Shown here: in pieces, positions 61,085 through 64,000 of the stretch
Position numbering within the stretch: the stretch's first letter is position 1
Layout of the letters: every line of letters begins with the position of its first letter
Assembly (NCBI RefSeq): GCF_963921235.1
Contig: NC_086101.1
Span: 5,644,001 to 5,708,000, forward strand
DNA: 64,000 nucleotides
Direction of reading: 5' to 3'
Origin: Mobula hypostoma
Lineage: Eukaryota
The notes under the pieces: generated by a model
The model's input: only the letters and a program-made list of their open reading frames with translations
Database searches by the model: none
What the model was told of the DNA's origin: nothing
Translations under genes and position numbers: made by a program

Positions 61085-61940
61085 AGATTGAACTGCATTG
61101 ATTCTGCTGCCTGAGTGTTATCAGCTCATACGCCTAATTTTGTGTCATCTGCAAACGTTACTAGTTTATTTGTTATGCGTTTATCCAGAACATTATTGTA
61201 AATTAAAAACAGCAGCGGGCCCAAAACTGATCCCTGCAGAACTCCACTTCTAACATTACTAGGTGTGACAATGATCCTCTCACCATAATGCATTGTTTTC
61301 TGTTTTTGAGCCAATTCTGCACCCATTCGGACACTTTACCCTGAATCCATACCTCCTGTAATTTGATTATTAACCTCTTGTGGGGCAGCTTGTCTAAAGC
61401 CTTCTGAGAGAGCAAGTAAATTATATCAACCACTCTATTGTTGTCATAAATTTTAACTGCCTCTTCGCAGAACTCCAGCATGTTAGTAAAGCATGATTTT
61501 CACTTTCTGAACCTACGCTGGCTTTCTGCTAAATTGTCTGTTCTTACCAGCTGTTTTTCCATCTCATTCTTTATTAGTGTTTCCATTATTTTACCTACAA
61601 TGCATGTTTAAGCTTCTGCTCTGTATTTCCCAGGGTCAGTACAGTCACCCTTCTTATATACCGGAACGACTTTAGCCTATTTCCAGTCCTCAGTGGTTTC
61701 ACCAGTCTTCTCTGACTTTTGAAAAATTCATGTTACGAGTTTGTAAATATAAACACAGACCCCCTTTAAGGACCTTTGGATGTATGCTGTCTGGCCCTGG
61801 AGATGTATTAACTTTCAGCCTTCTCAGCTGAAGCGGGAGCTCATTTTCTAAGATCTCTAGTCACTTAAAACAACCATATATTTCTCTATATTTACTGCCA
61901 TATTGCTAAGATCTTCACAGGTGAGTACTTCCGCAAACTC
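61085..61940 (-). mobile_element. Old CR1 RT fragment
   Basis: SPGPDS, VDIIYL.SQKALD, GVLQGSVLGPLLF, TFADDTKLG. Confidence 0.85.
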
Positions 61941-61959
61941 TGTCACCATATATATGTCA

Positions 61960-63119
61960 CCTCGTTAAAGTGAATTACAGAGGCACGAGAGAGGAGTTGG
62001 TCAGAATTGATTGGAAAAGAACACTGGCAGGGATTACAACAGGGCAGCAATGGCTGGAGTTTGTGGAAGCACTTCGGAAGGCACAAGATATATATCCCAA
62101 AGAGGAAGAAGTATTCCAAAGGGAAGATGACACAACTGTGGCTAACAAAAGAAATCAAAGCCAATATGAAAGCCAAAGAGAGGGCATATAATACAGCAAA
62201 AATTAATGGGAAGTTAGAGGATTGGAAAGCTTATAAAAACCAACAGAAATAACTAAAAAAGTCATGAAGAAGGTAAAGATGGAATACATAAGTGAGCCGG
62301 TAATATTAAAGAGAATACGAAAAGTTTTTTTTCAGATTCATAAAGTATAAAAGAGAGGTGAAAGTGGATATCAAACCATTGGAAAAAAGTGTTGGAGAGG
62401 TAGTAACGGAGACAATGAAATAGCGGACAAACTGATAGAGTATTTTATATGGGTCTTCACTATGGAAAATAGTAGTCTGGGAGAAGTTCCAGGTGTCAGG
62501 GGTCATGAAGTGTGTGAGCTACCATTACTAGAGAGAAGGTACTTGGGAAACCGAAAGGTCTGAAGGTGGATAAGTCACCTGGACCAGGTGGTATACACCC
62601 CAGAGTTGGCTGAAGAAATTCTGAAGGCACTAGTGATGATCTTTCAAGAATCACTTGATTGCAAATGTCACTCCACTCTTCAAGAACGGAGAGAGACAGA
62701 AGAAAGGAAATTATGGGTTAGTTAGCCTTATCTCAGTGCTTGGGAAGATGTTGGAATCGATTATTAAGGATGAGGTCTCAGCCTACTTGGAGACACATGA
62801 TAAAATAGCCCATAGTCAGCATGGTTTCCTCAAGGGAAAATCTTGCCTGAGAAATCTGTTGGAATTAATTGAAGAAATAACAAGCAGGATAAACAAAGAA
62901 GAATCAGTTGATATTGTGTACTTGGAGTTTCAGAAGACCTCTGAGAAGGTAACACACATGAGGCTGCTTAACAAATTACAAGCCCATGGTGTTACAGGAA
63001 AGATTCTAGCATGAGTAGAGCAGTGACCGATTGGCAGAAGGCAAAGAGTGAGAATAAAGGGAGCCTTTCTGACTGGCTGCTGGTGACTAGTGGTGTTCCA
63101 CAGGGGTCTGTATTGGGAC
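61960..63119 (+). mobile_element. CR1 ORF2 fragment, cut by an LTR
   Basis: NVTPLFK, SQHGFLKGKSCL, GVPQGSVLG ending at 63119. Confidence 0.85.
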
Positions 63120-64000
63120 TGTTACATACCTCGTGGGTATCTTGTGACTGTCTTATGACCATGATGTAATTGAGTATCTTGTGAGCATTATGTAATGGTC
63201 TTGTGATGGTGGGGTGATGTAATTTCCCGGCCAGTGTGAGGTCACATAATGTAATTTTCCTGCCGGTGTGAGGTCACGTTATGACATGTTCCAACAGATA
63301 TATAAAGGGGAAACCCCTGTTGTCACGCAGTTAATTCGTCAGTTAATCATTAGTTACTTTGTTATGCTGCATACTCGTCTCGACGCAGTTTCATTTGAAG
63401 TGGAGTTTTTACTTTCTAGTGTAAGGTACAAAAACGTTGTGCCAGCAGTTTCGCCAATCGCTGCCAGTTTTTGTTTGTTGCACCTTTGATTTACTTTTAC
63501 AGTCTAATATTTGAGAGTGAAGCCCTTAGTGAAGTACGGGAACCCGAAGGATTGAGTATAGTTGGTGTCGTTCGGCAGTTTTATAAAGGATTGACCTTAT
63601 TGAATCTTCATTCAGGAATAGTGGCCTGCATCTTATATAACCCCTGCAATATCAGGAAGGTTTGTGCAGTGTTCACCCTCCTGCAAAAGATCAGTTCCTT
63701 TGAGCCGTTTTATTTCCTTCGTCGTGAATTCTTTGGGACGTGGCATCTCTCGGCTGGGATCGGCAGCAACGTCACGTCTTCAAAGAAATCAGTTTTCAGG
63801 GAAGTCTCTCCTTATTATATACATCACTTGGACTTTTGAATTTTACCACTTTAAGACTGTGTTTGAATTTACCACTTTAAGAACTGTTCCAGAGTTTGGC
63901 TGTTTGTTAAATTGCCGTATAGCAGTTAACTTCCAGTTAAGTTAGTTGTGTGTTTACTTTTCACTGTGCTTGAGCAGAGTTTAATAAATGTTTATGTTTG
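63120..64000 (+). mobile_element. LTR of an LTR retrotransposon, running off the window
   Basis: Starts TGTTA at 63120, interrupting the CR1 GSVLG codons; short internal repeats (63213-63280), TATAAA 63301-63306, AATAAA 63983-63988. Confidence 0.65.

Overview
This is eukaryotic, repeat-saturated DNA. The repeat set (HE1-like V-SINEs, CR1-clade LINEs, Rex1/Babar LINEs, Neptune-type Penelope-like elements) points to a cartilaginous fish such as a ray; this is inferred, not proven. I found no intact host protein-coding gene; most long ORFs are retroelement or transposase remnants, antisense shadows of them, or artefacts of tandem repeats. Main points: (1) about 13 copies of a minimal type-I hammerhead ribozyme motif in Penelope-like element (PLE) termini; (2) three PLE insertions with an inverted arm, a ~40-nt extra tail and 14-15 bp target-site duplications (TSDs), one of them in the centre of an older head-to-head hammerhead palindrome; (3) an RTE-related non-autonomous element found twice within ~15 nt of the same CR1 position; (4) an apparently full-length Rex1/Babar element with a CpG-rich, YY1-motif 5' end inside a multi-level nest; (5) a Buster/Charlie hAT relic, an LTR running off the right edge, and minisatellites that arose inside transposable elements (TEs); (6) a few unique islands with promoter or first-exon signatures (about 75-215, 33520-33800, 35140-35445). 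Boundaries were read by eye and are approximate unless a TSD is given.
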